From assembly GCA_965216025.1 (NCBI GenBank), contig CBDCEX010000018.1, forward strand, positions 556,837 to 620,836: 64,000 bases of DNA. The letters run 5' to 3'. Both the position numbers and the translations under genes were made by a program. This document shows positions 1 to 9,142 of the stretch, piece by piece; the stretch's first letter is position 1, and each line of letters begins with the position of its first letter. Under the pieces are notes generated by a model. It worked only from the letters and a program-made list of their open reading frames with translations. It was not told where the DNA came from and searched no databases. The stretch is from Dehalococcoidia bacterium (GTDB taxonomy: Bacteria > Chloroflexota > Dehalococcoidia > Lucifugimonadales > UBA3495).

Positions 1-312
1 CGTTGCCGGTGCGGTAGTCGGGTCCTCCAGACAGCCCCAGAGACCTCCCGGGGTAAGCCGTGCATCCTTCCCTCGGTCCCCGCCGGATTTACCTGCGCAC
101 CTGTCCGAATAACTATTGGGCCGCCCCGTCCATTGCTGGGTTACCCCACTGCGCCGGCCTTCTATCCGGTTCCTGTTCGTCGAGTCCAAGTTTTGCCATC
201 AGCTTCCTTCAGATTCCACCTCACGATGGACACCCTTGCTTAGGCTAGCGGTTCCGGTCATCACGGCCCGCAGAGGACTTTCACCTCCAAGATGCACAGC
301 ATGCCTGGCACA
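1..312 (-). mobile_element. Group IIC intron A, 5' part only (runs off the window start)
   Basis: Minus strand reads TGTGCCAGGCATG...GGTGAAAGTCC...GCAAGGGTGTCC...GGAATCTGAAGGAAGC...CTTACCCGGGGAGGTCTC, the domain I signature of class IIC introns. It is a diverged copy of about 683-998. Confidence 0.9.
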
Positions 313-998
313 ATCGGGTAGGAGGCGGCCTCGCGGCTCCCGTCCTCCCACACCACCGGACGTACTCAGCGTATCCGGCGGTTTCCTCTACTGTTTCAAC
401 AGGTGCTACCACCCGTCAAGGCTCGTTTCCGTTCAGACACCGTGGTCGCTGGCTGCTCCTCGCTCACCCCAGTTCCGGTTCCGCCTTCACCAGGGACGCC
501 GGGGCGCACGGTCTCCTTCCTCCATTCAAGAAGGGGGAGTTGTTAGGCCGTGCCTTGCTGCCGCTCTACGCCCATCGAGTCCTCTTGACTGGCTCCTTGC
601 AGTAGAGGATTCGGCCCTTCATCCTTCCCGTGCGGGAAGGACTACTATGGCCTCGGCTGACTTCTCCGGAGCCTTCCCCCACCGTTGCCGGTGCGGTAGT
701 CCCGATTCCATCGGGACAGCCCCAGAGATCTCCCAGGGTAAGCTATGCATCCTTCCCTCGGTCCCCGCCGGATTTACCAACGCACATGTCCGGATGACTA
801 CCGGGCCTCCCCGTCCATGGCCGGGTTACCCCACTGCGCCGGCCTTGTATCCGATTCCTGTTCGTCGGGTCCGAGTTTTGCCATCAGCTTCCTTCAGATT
901 CCACCTCACGGTGGACACCCTTGCTTAGGCTAGCGGTTCCGGTCATCACGGCCCGCAGAGGACTTTCACCTCCAAGATGCACAACATGCCTGGCACAC
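313..998 (-). mobile_element. Complete ORF-less group IIC intron B (686 nt)
   Basis: 5' GTGTGCCAGGCATG at 998. Domain V AACCGCCGGATACGCTGAGTACGTCCGGTGGT has the CGC triad, and domain VI ends CCTACCCGAT at 313. Domain IV is closed by the perfect IR TCCTCTACTG (384-393)/CAGTAGAGGA (600-609) and has no RT ORF. Confidence 0.92.
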
Positions 999-1005
999 CA
1001 AGGAG

Positions 1006-1035
1006 AAGGCCCCCGAAGGAATTCGGGGGCCTTTT
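1006..1035 (+). terminator. Intrinsic terminator hairpin; target of the IIC introns
   Basis: AAGGCCCCCGAA-GGAA-TTCGGGGGCCTT followed by TT. The intron 5' end lies about 8 nt from the stem base on the minus strand. Confidence 0.85.
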
Positions 1036-1150
1036 GCTGCTCCGGTTCCTTTCCCAGCCCGCCGCAGAACAAACCCCCATATTTTGTAGCGCCTATAACC
1101 TGCGCGTTAATCCGCGTCGCTCAAGAGCAAGGTCTTCCAGTTCTCCTTAC

Positions 1151-1260
1151 TGTCATTGCGAGCCCTTGGGCTGCGCTCAGGATAAACTCCGCAAAGTAAT
1201 CTCTCCTTAACATCATCACCATCATCAGATTGCTTCGGGCATGCGGCCTTCGCAACGACA
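1151..1260. repeat. Palindromic miniature repeat, TGTCATTGCGAG...CGCAAYGACA family
   Basis: Terminal IR plus inner IR (AAGTAATCT/AGATTGCTT). A related copy lies at 51718-51797. Confidence 0.7.
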
Positions 1261-1309
1261 ATCGAAAACCCCCGTTCAAAAGCCAACCGATTGCGCCGCT
1301 GGAACGGGT

Positions 1310-1338
1310 TTGCAGTCGCTACTCCTACCCTCCATAAT
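1310..1338 (+). promoter_or_regulatory. Putative sigma70 promoter of trpD
   Basis: TTGCAG-17 nt-CATAAT, followed by an AAGGAGG RBS before ATG 1374. Confidence 0.5.
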
Positions 1339-1373
1339 AAACCTAATACCCTGACCAAGGAGGCGGCCACGTA

Positions 1374-2399
1374 ATGATCCGGGAAGCCATCAGCGACCTC
1401 GTCTCCGGGCAGTCTCTCAGCATGGAGGATGCCGCCACCGTGATGGGAGAGATCATGGAGGGCGAGGCCACTCCGGCCCAGCTGGGGGCCTTTCTTACCG
1501 CCCTGAGCCTAAAGGGGGAGACGCCGGAAGAGATAGCTGGGATGGCCCGAGTCATGCGACAAAAGGCACTGCGAGTAAACGTGGAAGGGCCGCTGGTTGA
1601 TACCTGCGGTACCGGCGGTGATGGCAAAAACAGTTTCAACATTTCCACCGCTGCGGCCTTCGTAGCCGCAGGAGCCGGCCTGAAAGTCGCCAAGCACGGC
1701 AACCGAGCTGCTTCCGGTTCCTGCGGCAGCGCCGATGTTCTGGAGGCCTTGGGTGTAAAGATAGATCTACCTCCGCAAGGGGTGGAACAATGCATCAACC
1801 AAGTGGGCATGGGCTTCATGTTCGCGCCGGTATTTCACCCATCTATGCGGCATGCCGCGCCGGTGCGGCGGGAAATCGGCATTAGAACCGTATTCAACAT
1901 CCTTGGTCCGCTGACCAATCCGGCGGGAGTGCAGTCCCAGCTAATCGGGGTCGCCCATGCCCAACTCGGGAAGCAGATGGCCGAGGTTCTGCGGCTGCTG
2001 GGGTCCCGACACGCCATTATCGCTCATGGGCAGGATGGGTTGGACGAGCTGACCCTGGACGGGGAGACCCAGGGATGGGAGGTGGTTGGCGGGCAAGTGC
2101 GCGCTTGGGCTACTTCTCCTGAGGGCGCCGGACTGCCCTCGGCGTCCTTGGACCAAATCCAGGGCGGCAGCAAGGAAGAAAACGCCGCTACCATGCGCCG
2201 CATATTTCAGGGAGCCTCGGGTCCACTGCGGGATGTGGTGCTCCTCAACAGCGCCGCCGTGCTGCTGGTTGGGGGCCAGGTAGAGGACATCGCCCAGGGT
2301 GTCGAGCGGGCAGCCCGGGTCATCGACGACGGCGCGGCCCTGGCCAAGTTGGATTCCCTGGTGGAGGTTAGCCAGCGTCTGGGGCAGGAGCTGGCCTAG
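1374..2399 (+). CDS. trpD: Anthranilate phosphoribosyltransferase
   Basis: Motifs DTCGTGGDG, NISTA, KHGNR, GSADVLEALG. Confidence 0.97.
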   Translation: MIREAISDLVSGQSLSMEDAATVMGEIMEGEATPAQLGAFLTALSLKGETPEEIAGMARVMRQKALRVNVEGPLVDTCGTGGDGKNSFNISTAAAFVAAGAGLKVAKHGNRAASGSCGSADVLEALGVKIDLPPQGVEQCINQVGMGFMFAPVFHPSMRHAAPVRREIGIRTVFNILGPLTNPAGVQSQLIGVAHAQLGKQMAEVLRLLGSRHAIIAHGQDGLDELTLDGETQGWEVVGGQVRAWATSPEGAGLPSASLDQIQGGSKEENAATMRRIFQGASGPLRDVVLLNSAAVLLVGGQVEDIAQGVERAARVIDDGAALAKLDSLVEVSQRLGQELA

Positions 2400-2408
2400 G
2401 AGGAATGA

Positions 2409-2669
2409 ATGACAACACCAAAGTTAGATGAGCAAAAAGCTCTAACCTGGCTGAACCAACATTGGGTGGGCAGCAAGTCATGTGCCGTTTGCACCAATAC
2501 CAAGTGGGCCATTAGCGATAATATAATGGAGGTTAGGCCCTTTCTGGGGGGTTCCCTGATGGTAGGAGGGTCAATTATATACCCTCTAATTCTAGTCACT
2601 TGCGACACATGTGGTCATGCGCTGTTTTTCAATGCGAAAATGTTGGGTCTGTTGGAAGGACAAGAATAG
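2409..2669 (+). CDS. Small zinc-ribbon protein (CAVC...CDTC), hypothetical
   Basis: GGAGG RBS, two CxxC motifs, visibly more AT-rich than the trp genes. Confidence 0.75.
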   Translation: MTTPKLDEQKALTWLNQHWVGSKSCAVCTNTKWAISDNIMEVRPFLGGSLMVGGSIIYPLILVTCDTCGHALFFNAKMLGLLEGQE

Positions 2670-3026
2670 ACCGTGTCAGACCAGAGCGAACAACCGTTGG
2701 AAATACGGGTTGAGACCCGCCAGCGCATAATAATTAGGCCGGAACAGGTGAGCATGCCCATTCCATTGGAAGAGTGGAACGCACTTGTTGGCAGATTGGA
2801 TTTGTGCAAAGTCTCCGTTCGACCGTGGGCGGTGGCCTACTCAGTAGCATTTGGCGTCGGAGCCACGGCTGGTCTCTCTGTTGCATCCTTGGCGTTCTCT
2901 CAATCGCCCTGGTGGGTCTTGACGGCGTATATCGTTTTATCCGCCCTGGGAATCGTCTCTGGATGTATTTGTGTCATAGCAGAAAGAGCCCTGATGGAAA
3001 ATCAACAGTCCCAAGTTGACCACTTA

Positions 3027-3949
3027 GTAACTATCTCAATACCTTGAATTGAATTTGAAACTTATATTATACTTCCACCAAAAGTGTGGAGGTGAAAGCA
3101 GTGAAACCAATGAGGCAAGTTGAACCGCTGGAGACTATTTGGGAGATTCCGGACGATTTGTGGGAGAAAGTTGAGCCAGTGATCCTGGCGGGAACCCCTC
3201 CCAAAACCACCGGTCGCAAGCGGGTCAACCCAAGGCCAATCCTTAACGGAATTATCTTTCGCTTACGTAGTGGTTGCCAATGGAACCATCTGCCCAAGAC
3301 TTTTGGTGACGATAGTACTATCCATCGTACTTTTCAGCTATGGGTAGAATCGGGAGTGTTGAACCAAGTGTGGTCGGTCATGGTAGAGGAATGTGAAGAG
3401 CTGGGAGGTGTGGACTGGGAATGGCAAGCAGCGGATTGCGCCCTGGGTAAAGCTCGCCTGGGGGGGACGCAATTGGCCCCAATCCCACGGACCGGGGCAA
3501 GGCGGGCAGCAAGCGAAGCCTGTTGGTAGAGGGGGATGGAGGGCCTCTGAGTCTAGTGGTAGCTGGAGCCAATGTCCACGACACCAAGCTGCTGGAAGCC
3601 ACCCTGGAAGCCATTGTGGTGGAGCGGCCTCAGCCCACTGACCCGGCACCCCAGCACCTATGTCTGGACAAAGGGTATGACAATCCCACCGGCCACCAAG
3701 CTGCCGCTGCCCACGGGTATCAGGCCCACATACGACGTATTGGTGAGGAGAAGCTGGATAGCTTCGGCGAGAAGACCCATCCGGCCCGACGTTGGGTGGT
3801 GGAACGAACCCTGTCGTGGCTGTCCAAGTGCAGAGGATTACTTGTCCGTTACGACAAAAAGGCATCCAATTTCCTGGGTCTTTTGCAACTGGCCTGCGGG
3901 CTACTGTGGTACCGGCGAGTTTGGCGCCTTACTGTTTTGAGATAGTTAC
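3027..3949 (+). mobile_element. IS5-family element (IS1031-like), 923 bp
   Basis: 13-bp IR GTAACTATCTCAA/TTGAGATAGTTAC and 3-bp TTA duplication (3024-3026, 3950-3952). Confidence 0.93.
3086..3945 (+). CDS. IS5 transposase, two frames joined by a -1 shift at G7 (3460-3466)
   Basis: N-terminal half has LRSGCQW and STIHRTF. The -1 frame reads GGDAIGPNPTDRGK...DKGYD...RWVVERT. Confidence 0.88.
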
Positions 3950-4025
3950 TTAACCTCTGACATGAACCGTATCCGAGACTCCTTCTCGGAACCCTCCGGC
4001 GACATTCAGGGGCTAGACTAGTCAA

Positions 4026-4856
4026 ATGCCAACCATACTTGATGAAATAGTAGCGGCGAAAAAGACGGAGCTGGCTAGCCAGAAAAAAGCCGCGCCTCTG
4101 GAGTCGCTGCTGGAACAAATCAGCGATCAACCGGCCCCCATCGACTTCGTCGGCGCGCTACGTGGGGACAGCATCCGACTGATTGCTGAGGTGAAAAAGG
4201 CTTCACCTTCCCGGGGGCTCCTTTGCCCCGACTTCGACCCGGTGAGGTTGGCAGATACCTACACCAGTCACGGCGCGGCCGCCATTTCGGTACTGACCGA
4301 CCCTAGATTTCAGGGCGAGCTGGTGCATCTATCGCGAATCAAGAAGTCCGGAGCGTCTCGGCAAGCACCGGTGCTCCGCAAAGACTTTATCTTCGACCCC
4401 TATCAGGTCCACGAGGCCCGCGCGGCCGGCGCCGACGCCCTGCTGCTGATAGTCGCGATTCTGACGCCTGCACAGTTGTCGGAGCTGTTGGCGTTGAGCC
4501 AGCGGCTGGCGATGCGGTGCCTGGTTGAGGTTCATGATGAATCGGAGCTGGACCTGGCCCTGGGTGCTGGCGCCGAGGTGATCGGCATTAATAACCGCGA
4601 CCTGCGGACCTTCCAGACGGACCTTTCCGTCACCATGAACCTGGCTCCCCGGATACCCACGGGAAGAATTTTGGTCAGTGAAAGCGGAATCAATTCCCAA
4701 GACCACTTGGGGCAGCTGGCTGCGGTGGGAGTGAATGCCGTGCTGGTAGGGGAGGCACTGGTTACCGCTGCGGACGTTGCCGCCAAGGTCCGCGAGCTAT
4801 CGGGAACAGGGGTCGCTCCGGGTGAAGCATACAACGACAGGTTAGGCGGCCCATGA
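4026..4856 (+). CDS. trpC: Indole-3-glycerol-phosphate synthase
   Basis: Motifs IAEVKKASPSRG, LRKDFI, GINNRDL, SESGI. Confidence 0.97.
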   Translation: MPTILDEIVAAKKTELASQKKAAPLESLLEQISDQPAPIDFVGALRGDSIRLIAEVKKASPSRGLLCPDFDPVRLADTYTSHGAAAISVLTDPRFQGELVHLSRIKKSGASRQAPVLRKDFIFDPYQVHEARAAGADALLLIVAILTPAQLSELLALSQRLAMRCLVEVHDESELDLALGAGAEVIGINNRDLRTFQTDLSVTMNLAPRIPTGRILVSESGINSQDHLGQLAAVGVNAVLVGEALVTAADVAAKVRELSGTGVAPGEAYNDRLGGP

Positions 4857-5521
4857 CTGCGATAAAGATTTGCGGTATCCAGCGGGCGGAGGATGCCCTG
4901 GCGGTGGCGGTCGCCGGAGCGGATTTCCTAGGTCTGATATTTGTCCCTCAGCGTCGCCGCCGGCTGACCGAGGAACAGGCGGCCCAAATTGTAAAGGCGT
5001 TGACGGAACACCCGGGAAAGACTCCTCAAGTGGTGGGGCTATTCGCGGATCAACCCATCGACGAAGTCAACAGGCATATCAGCAGCTGCCCCTTGCAGCG
5101 GGTCCAGCTCTGCGGCAGCGAGTCGCTGGATTACTGCCGGCGGGTGTCGGCGCCGGCTATAAAGGTGATCCACGTGCCGGGAGGCGGGGCCTCGGACGAC
5201 GACGTTGACCGATTGGAGGAGCGCATCAAGAAATATCGGGAGGCCGGACACCTGGTCACCCTGGACCGGCAGGTCGAAGGATTGCAGGGGGGCACCGGTA
5301 AATCCTTCGACTGGAGACTCGCCGCCAGACTGGCCCAGGCGGGGCATGAATTCCTGCTGGCTGGGGGTCTCACACCGGACAACGTAGCTGAAGCGGTCCG
5401 CTCCGTGGCGCCCTGGGGTGTGGACGTTTCCAGCGGTGTGGAAACTGGCGGCGAGAAAGACGCGACCAAGATTCGCGCCTTTATACAGCAGGCCCGGCTG
5501 GCCCGGCAAGCAGACTCCTAG
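4853..5521 (+). CDS. trpF: Phosphoribosylanthranilate isomerase
   Basis: Motifs [32 protein letters not shown] overlap with trpC. Confidence 0.95.
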   Translation: MTAIKICGIQRAEDALAVAVAGADFLGLIFVPQRRRRLTEEQAAQIVKALTEHPGKTPQVVGLFADQPIDEVNRHISSCPLQRVQLCGSESLDYCRRVSAPAIKVIHVPGGGASDDDVDRLEERIKKYREAGHLVTLDRQVEGLQGGTGKSFDWRLAARLAQAGHEFLLAGGLTPDNVAEAVRSVAPWGVDVSSGVETGGEKDATKIRAFIQQARLARQADS

Positions 5522-5591
5522 CCGCCACCAATCCAAGTCAGGCCCAGGCCGTTCCATCGCGCAGCAATCCGAACCTGAGAGGTTTCAATCC

Positions 5592-6800
5592 GTGACTACC
5601 ACCAAGCCAATGACTTTGCCCGACGATCGGGGCCGGTTTGGCGATTATGGCGGCAAATTCGTGCCCGAAACGCTGATGGCCGCATTGTTGGAGTTGGAAG
5701 ATGCCTACCGGGAGGCGAAGGTATCACCGGGGTTCCAGAGGGAGTTGGAGCATCTGTTGACCAGCTATGCCGGGCGGCCTACTCCGCTTTATTTTGCGGA
5801 AAACCTGAGCCGGCACTGCGGCGGAGCCCGAATCTATTTAAAACGGGAAGACCTGGCCCATACCGGCGCGCACAAGATCAACAACGCCCTGGGTCAGGCT
5901 CTGCTGGCCCGCCGGATGGGCAAGCAGCGGATTATCGCCGAAACCGGGGCCGGGCAGCACGGCCTGGCCACTGCCACCGTCTGCGCCATGCTGGACTTGA
6001 ATTGCGTGGTGTATATGGGCGCCGAGGACATCCAAAGGCAGTCGCTGAATGTGTACCGCATGCGTTTGCTGGAGGCCGAAGTGATCCAGGTGGACTCGGG
6101 CACCCGTACCTTGAAAGACGCCATCAACGAGGCGATTCGGGATTGGGTGACCAACGTCGAGTCGACCCACTACCTCATCGGCAGCGTGGTGGGGCCTCAC
6201 CCCTATCCCATGCTGGTGCGGGATTTCCAATCGGTTATCGGGCGGGAAGCCCGCGACCAGTGGCTCCGGGCAGAGGAAAAGCTACCCGACTATGTGGTGG
6301 CTTGCGTCGGCGGGGGCAGCAATGCCATTGGTATTTTCCACCGGTTCATCGGAGATGCGTCGGTGGCGCTGGTGGGAGTTGAGGCCGGAGGGGCGGGGCT
6401 GGATTCGGGGAAGCATTCCGCATCGCTAAACGCCGGTCAGCCCGGGGTTCTGCACGGCTCCATGTCCTATCTGTTGCAGGACTCCAACGGACAGGTAATG
6501 GGGACTCACAGCATATCCGCCGGCTTGGACTACCCCGGTGTGGGACCGGAACATAGCTATTTGAAGGACACCGGTCGCGCCCAATACGTGGCCGTCACCG
6601 ATGACCAGGCATTGGAGGGATTTCACCTGCTCTGCCGTACGGAAGGGATAATACCGGCGTTGGAATCGTCCCACGCCATCTACCACGCCAGCCAGCTGGC
6701 TGCCCGACTGTCCCCCGGGGAAAGCGTCCTAGTGTGCTTGAGCGGCCGAGGGGACAAGGATGTGCCAACGGTAGCCGACGCCGCCGGCATAACGCTATGA
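5592..6800 (+). CDS. trpB: Tryptophan synthase beta chain (start GTG 5592 or ATG 5610)
   Basis: Motifs [38 protein letters not shown]. Confidence 0.97.
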   Translation: MTTTKPMTLPDDRGRFGDYGGKFVPETLMAALLELEDAYREAKVSPGFQRELEHLLTSYAGRPTPLYFAENLSRHCGGARIYLKREDLAHTGAHKINNALGQALLARRMGKQRIIAETGAGQHGLATATVCAMLDLNCVVYMGAEDIQRQSLNVYRMRLLEAEVIQVDSGTRTLKDAINEAIRDWVTNVESTHYLIGSVVGPHPYPMLVRDFQSVIGREARDQWLRAEEKLPDYVVACVGGGSNAIGIFHRFIGDASVALVGVEAGGAGLDSGKHSASLNAGQPGVLHGSMSYLLQDSNGQVMGTHSISAGLDYPGVGPEHSYLKDTGRAQYVAVTDDQALEGFHLLCRTEGIIPALESSHAIYHASQLAARLSPGESVLVCLSGRGDKDVPTVADAAGITL

Positions 6801-6879
6801 TGAGCGGGGACTCTGGCCCAGCCCCGCCCCGTGCTATAATGGGCCGGATTTAGCTGGCTGGCAGCAAGGAGCGCAACTC

Positions 6880-7677
6880 ATGGATTTGGGACTGACAGAT
6901 AAGGTCGCGATAGTTACCGGGGGCAGCGAGGGAATCGGCAAATTTGCCGCCCTGCGCATGGCTGCCGAGGGTGCCCGGGTGATCATAGTGGCGCGGCGTC
7001 CCGAGGTTTTGGAGCAGGCGGCACTGGATATCCGCACCGCCACCGAGGGGGTGGCGCTGCCGGTCCCGGGGGATGTGTCGGACCCGGACACCGCTCCGCG
7101 GGTGGTCAAGGCGGCGCTGGATAACTTCGGCCGGCTGGACATTCTGGTCAATAACGCCGGAGTGTCCATGGCCAAGCCCTTTGAAGATGTCAGCGACGAA
7201 GACTGGGAGGCGGACTTCGACCTGAAGGTATGGGGCGCCATCCGTCTCATTCGAGCGGCGGTGCCAGAAATGCGAAAGGTTGGCGGCGGCCGGATCATCA
7301 ACGTCACCAATCTGGGCGGCCGTACCCCCGGGCCATCTTCCATGCCCACCTCCATCTCCCGAGCTGCCGGTATCGCCATTACCAAGGGCTTGTCCAAAGA
7401 CCTGGGGAAAGACAATATTCTGGTAAACACCGTCTGTATCGGCGTTATCAAGAGCGGGCAGCATGAGCGCCGCTACGAGCGCTTGAAGCAGTCGAATCCC
7501 GATTTGACCATAGACGAGTTTTACGACCAGACCGCCAAGGCGCGGGGCGTTCCGCTGGGTCGCGTGGCCGAAACTCACGAGGCCGGAGATGTCATCGCCT
7601 TCCTGGCTTCCGAGCGCGCCAGTTACCTGAACGGAGCGGCCATAAACATCGACGGTGGGAGCTCGGCGGTCGTCTAA
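6880..7677 (+). CDS. SDR-family oxidoreductase
   Basis: Motifs TGGSEGIG, LVNNAG, IDGG. Extended -10 TGCTATAAT at 6832-6840. Confidence 0.9.
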   Translation: MDLGLTDKVAIVTGGSEGIGKFAALRMAAEGARVIIVARRPEVLEQAALDIRTATEGVALPVPGDVSDPDTAPRVVKAALDNFGRLDILVNNAGVSMAKPFEDVSDEDWEADFDLKVWGAIRLIRAAVPEMRKVGGGRIINVTNLGGRTPGPSSMPTSISRAAGIAITKGLSKDLGKDNILVNTVCIGVIKSGQHERRYERLKQSNPDLTIDEFYDQTAKARGVPLGRVAETHEAGDVIAFLASERASYLNGAAINIDGGSSAVV

Positions 7678-7852
7678 CGGCTTAATAATCCCGGCTTAGG
7701 CATCCGGCCAGTCCAACCTTTCCTTGCGCCCCAGTTGGCCTCCTTACTTGGCCTTGAATCGATATCCAAAAACGGCCGGCGGAGCCACTCTTTGGGGAAA
7801 TCCCCCGAGTTTAGTGATTTCGTCCAAGATCAGTAATTCCGGGAGGATATAA

Positions 7853-9049
7853 GTGTCTCCTTCCTATTTTGACGAATTTCAGCCTTCTCCCCGCCTTTTG
7901 ATGGGCCCCGGACCCAGCAGTGTGCACCCCCGAGTTTTGCAGGCCATGACTGCCCCGTTGTTGGGACATCTGGACCCCCAGTTCTTCCGGGTGATGGACG
8001 ATGTCTGCGAGATGCTTCGACTGGTGTATCACACCTCCAATTTCATGACGCTACCCCTCTCTTCCACGGGCACTGGGGCCATGGAAGCAGCCTGCATCAA
8101 TGTCCTGGAGCCGGGAGATACGGCAATAATCTGCCGCAACGGCTATTTTGGAGATCGCCTGGCAGACATCGCCGGCCGGTGTGGAGCGGTCACATTTTTC
8201 GTGGATTCCCCTTTGGGCCAACCCGCCGACATTGAAGCCCTAGCCGACGAACTCAAGAAGCATCCCCAGGTCAAGATGGTCGGAATGGTCCACGCGGAGA
8301 CCTCCACGGGTAGCCTCACGCCCTTGACCGAGGCGACTGAACTGGCCCACCAACACGACGCCCTGATGGTCGTAGATGCGGTCACCTCCCTGGGAAGCCA
8401 TGACATCCGCATGGACGATTGGGACATCGACGTTTGCTACAGCGCCAGCCAAAAATGTCTGGGCGCTCCTCCCGGTCTGGCTCCCATCAGTCTGGGGCAG
8501 CGAGCCATGGAGGTCATCAACCGCCGCAAGACGCCGGTCCGGAGTTTCTACTTCAATCTCAAAGATCTGGAAGCCTACTGGTTTGAAACCCGCGCCTACC
8601 ACCATACCTCGCCCATATCCATGACTTACGCTTTGCGGGAGGCGCTGCGGATGATGATGGAGGAAGGCATCGAGGAGCGTCTCAGCCGTCACGCCCGAAC
8701 CTCGGCCGCGCTGCGGGCCGGTCTTGAAGCCCTAGGGGTAAAGGTCTTGGCCGATCCCGAATATCGGCTCAACCCTTTGACCGCCGCCCTGGTGCCGGAG
8801 GGCATAGAGGACGCCGCAGTTAGGAAGCACCTGCTGGATGACTACAACATCGAAATCGGCGGTGGTTTGGGAGAGCTGCGGGGCAAGGTCTGGCGCATCG
8901 GGCTGATGGGGGACGGGGCCAGGGAATCCAACGTCTTCGCTTTGCTGTCGGCCTTGGAGATGATTTTACCCAGCCAGGGCTACGAGCTTGCCTACGGTTC
9001 CGGCTTGGCCGCCGCCCAGCGGTGCCTGGCCAGTTTTCCTGAGCATTAA
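7853..9049 (+). CDS. Alanine/serine-glyoxylate aminotransferase (class V PLP)
   Basis: Motifs LLMGPGPS, VHAETSTG, VDAVTS, SASQKCLG, YHHT, WRIGLMG. Confidence 0.92.
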   Translation: MSPSYFDEFQPSPRLLMGPGPSSVHPRVLQAMTAPLLGHLDPQFFRVMDDVCEMLRLVYHTSNFMTLPLSSTGTGAMEAACINVLEPGDTAIICRNGYFGDRLADIAGRCGAVTFFVDSPLGQPADIEALADELKKHPQVKMVGMVHAETSTGSLTPLTEATELAHQHDALMVVDAVTSLGSHDIRMDDWDIDVCYSASQKCLGAPPGLAPISLGQRAMEVINRRKTPVRSFYFNLKDLEAYWFETRAYHHTSPISMTYALREALRMMMEEGIEERLSRHARTSAALRAGLEALGVKVLADPEYRLNPLTAALVPEGIEDAAVRKHLLDDYNIEIGGGLGELRGKVWRIGLMGDGARESNVFALLSALEMILPSQGYELAYGSGLAAAQRCLASFPEH

Positions 9050-9057
9050 ATCCAGAG

Positions 9058-9135
9058 CTAAACCTGGTCGGAAGCACCCCGTTTGGGTAAATCCCCCTCA
9101 GTCCCCCTTTTAAAAAGAGGGATATAGGGGGATTT
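9058..9135. repeat. Hairpin repeat family A (AAATCCCCC...GGGGGATTT), between convergent genes
   Basis: Long imperfect palindrome with the 5' leader CTAAACCYGGTYGGA shared with the copy at 16055. Confidence 0.8.
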
Positions 9136-9142
9136 CTCTGCT

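Larger units (their letters stand above)
2673..4021 (+). pseudogene. Two-TM membrane protein interrupted by IS5 near its 3' end
   Basis: Two hydrophobic helices. Removing the IS (3027-3949) and one TTA joins ...QVDHL to TSDMNRIRDSFSEPSGDIQGLD with a stop at 4019-4021, 4 nt before trpC. Confidence 0.75.

Noticed and set aside
116-928. 270-aa and duplicated 62-aa ORFs on the + strand
   Set aside because: They are antisense to structured intron RNA, have no RT or other motifs, and the duplication simply reflects the two introns.
1261-1373. Trp leader peptide or T-box before trpD
   Set aside because: No Trp-codon sORF, T-box motif or terminator lies between the predicted promoter and the start.
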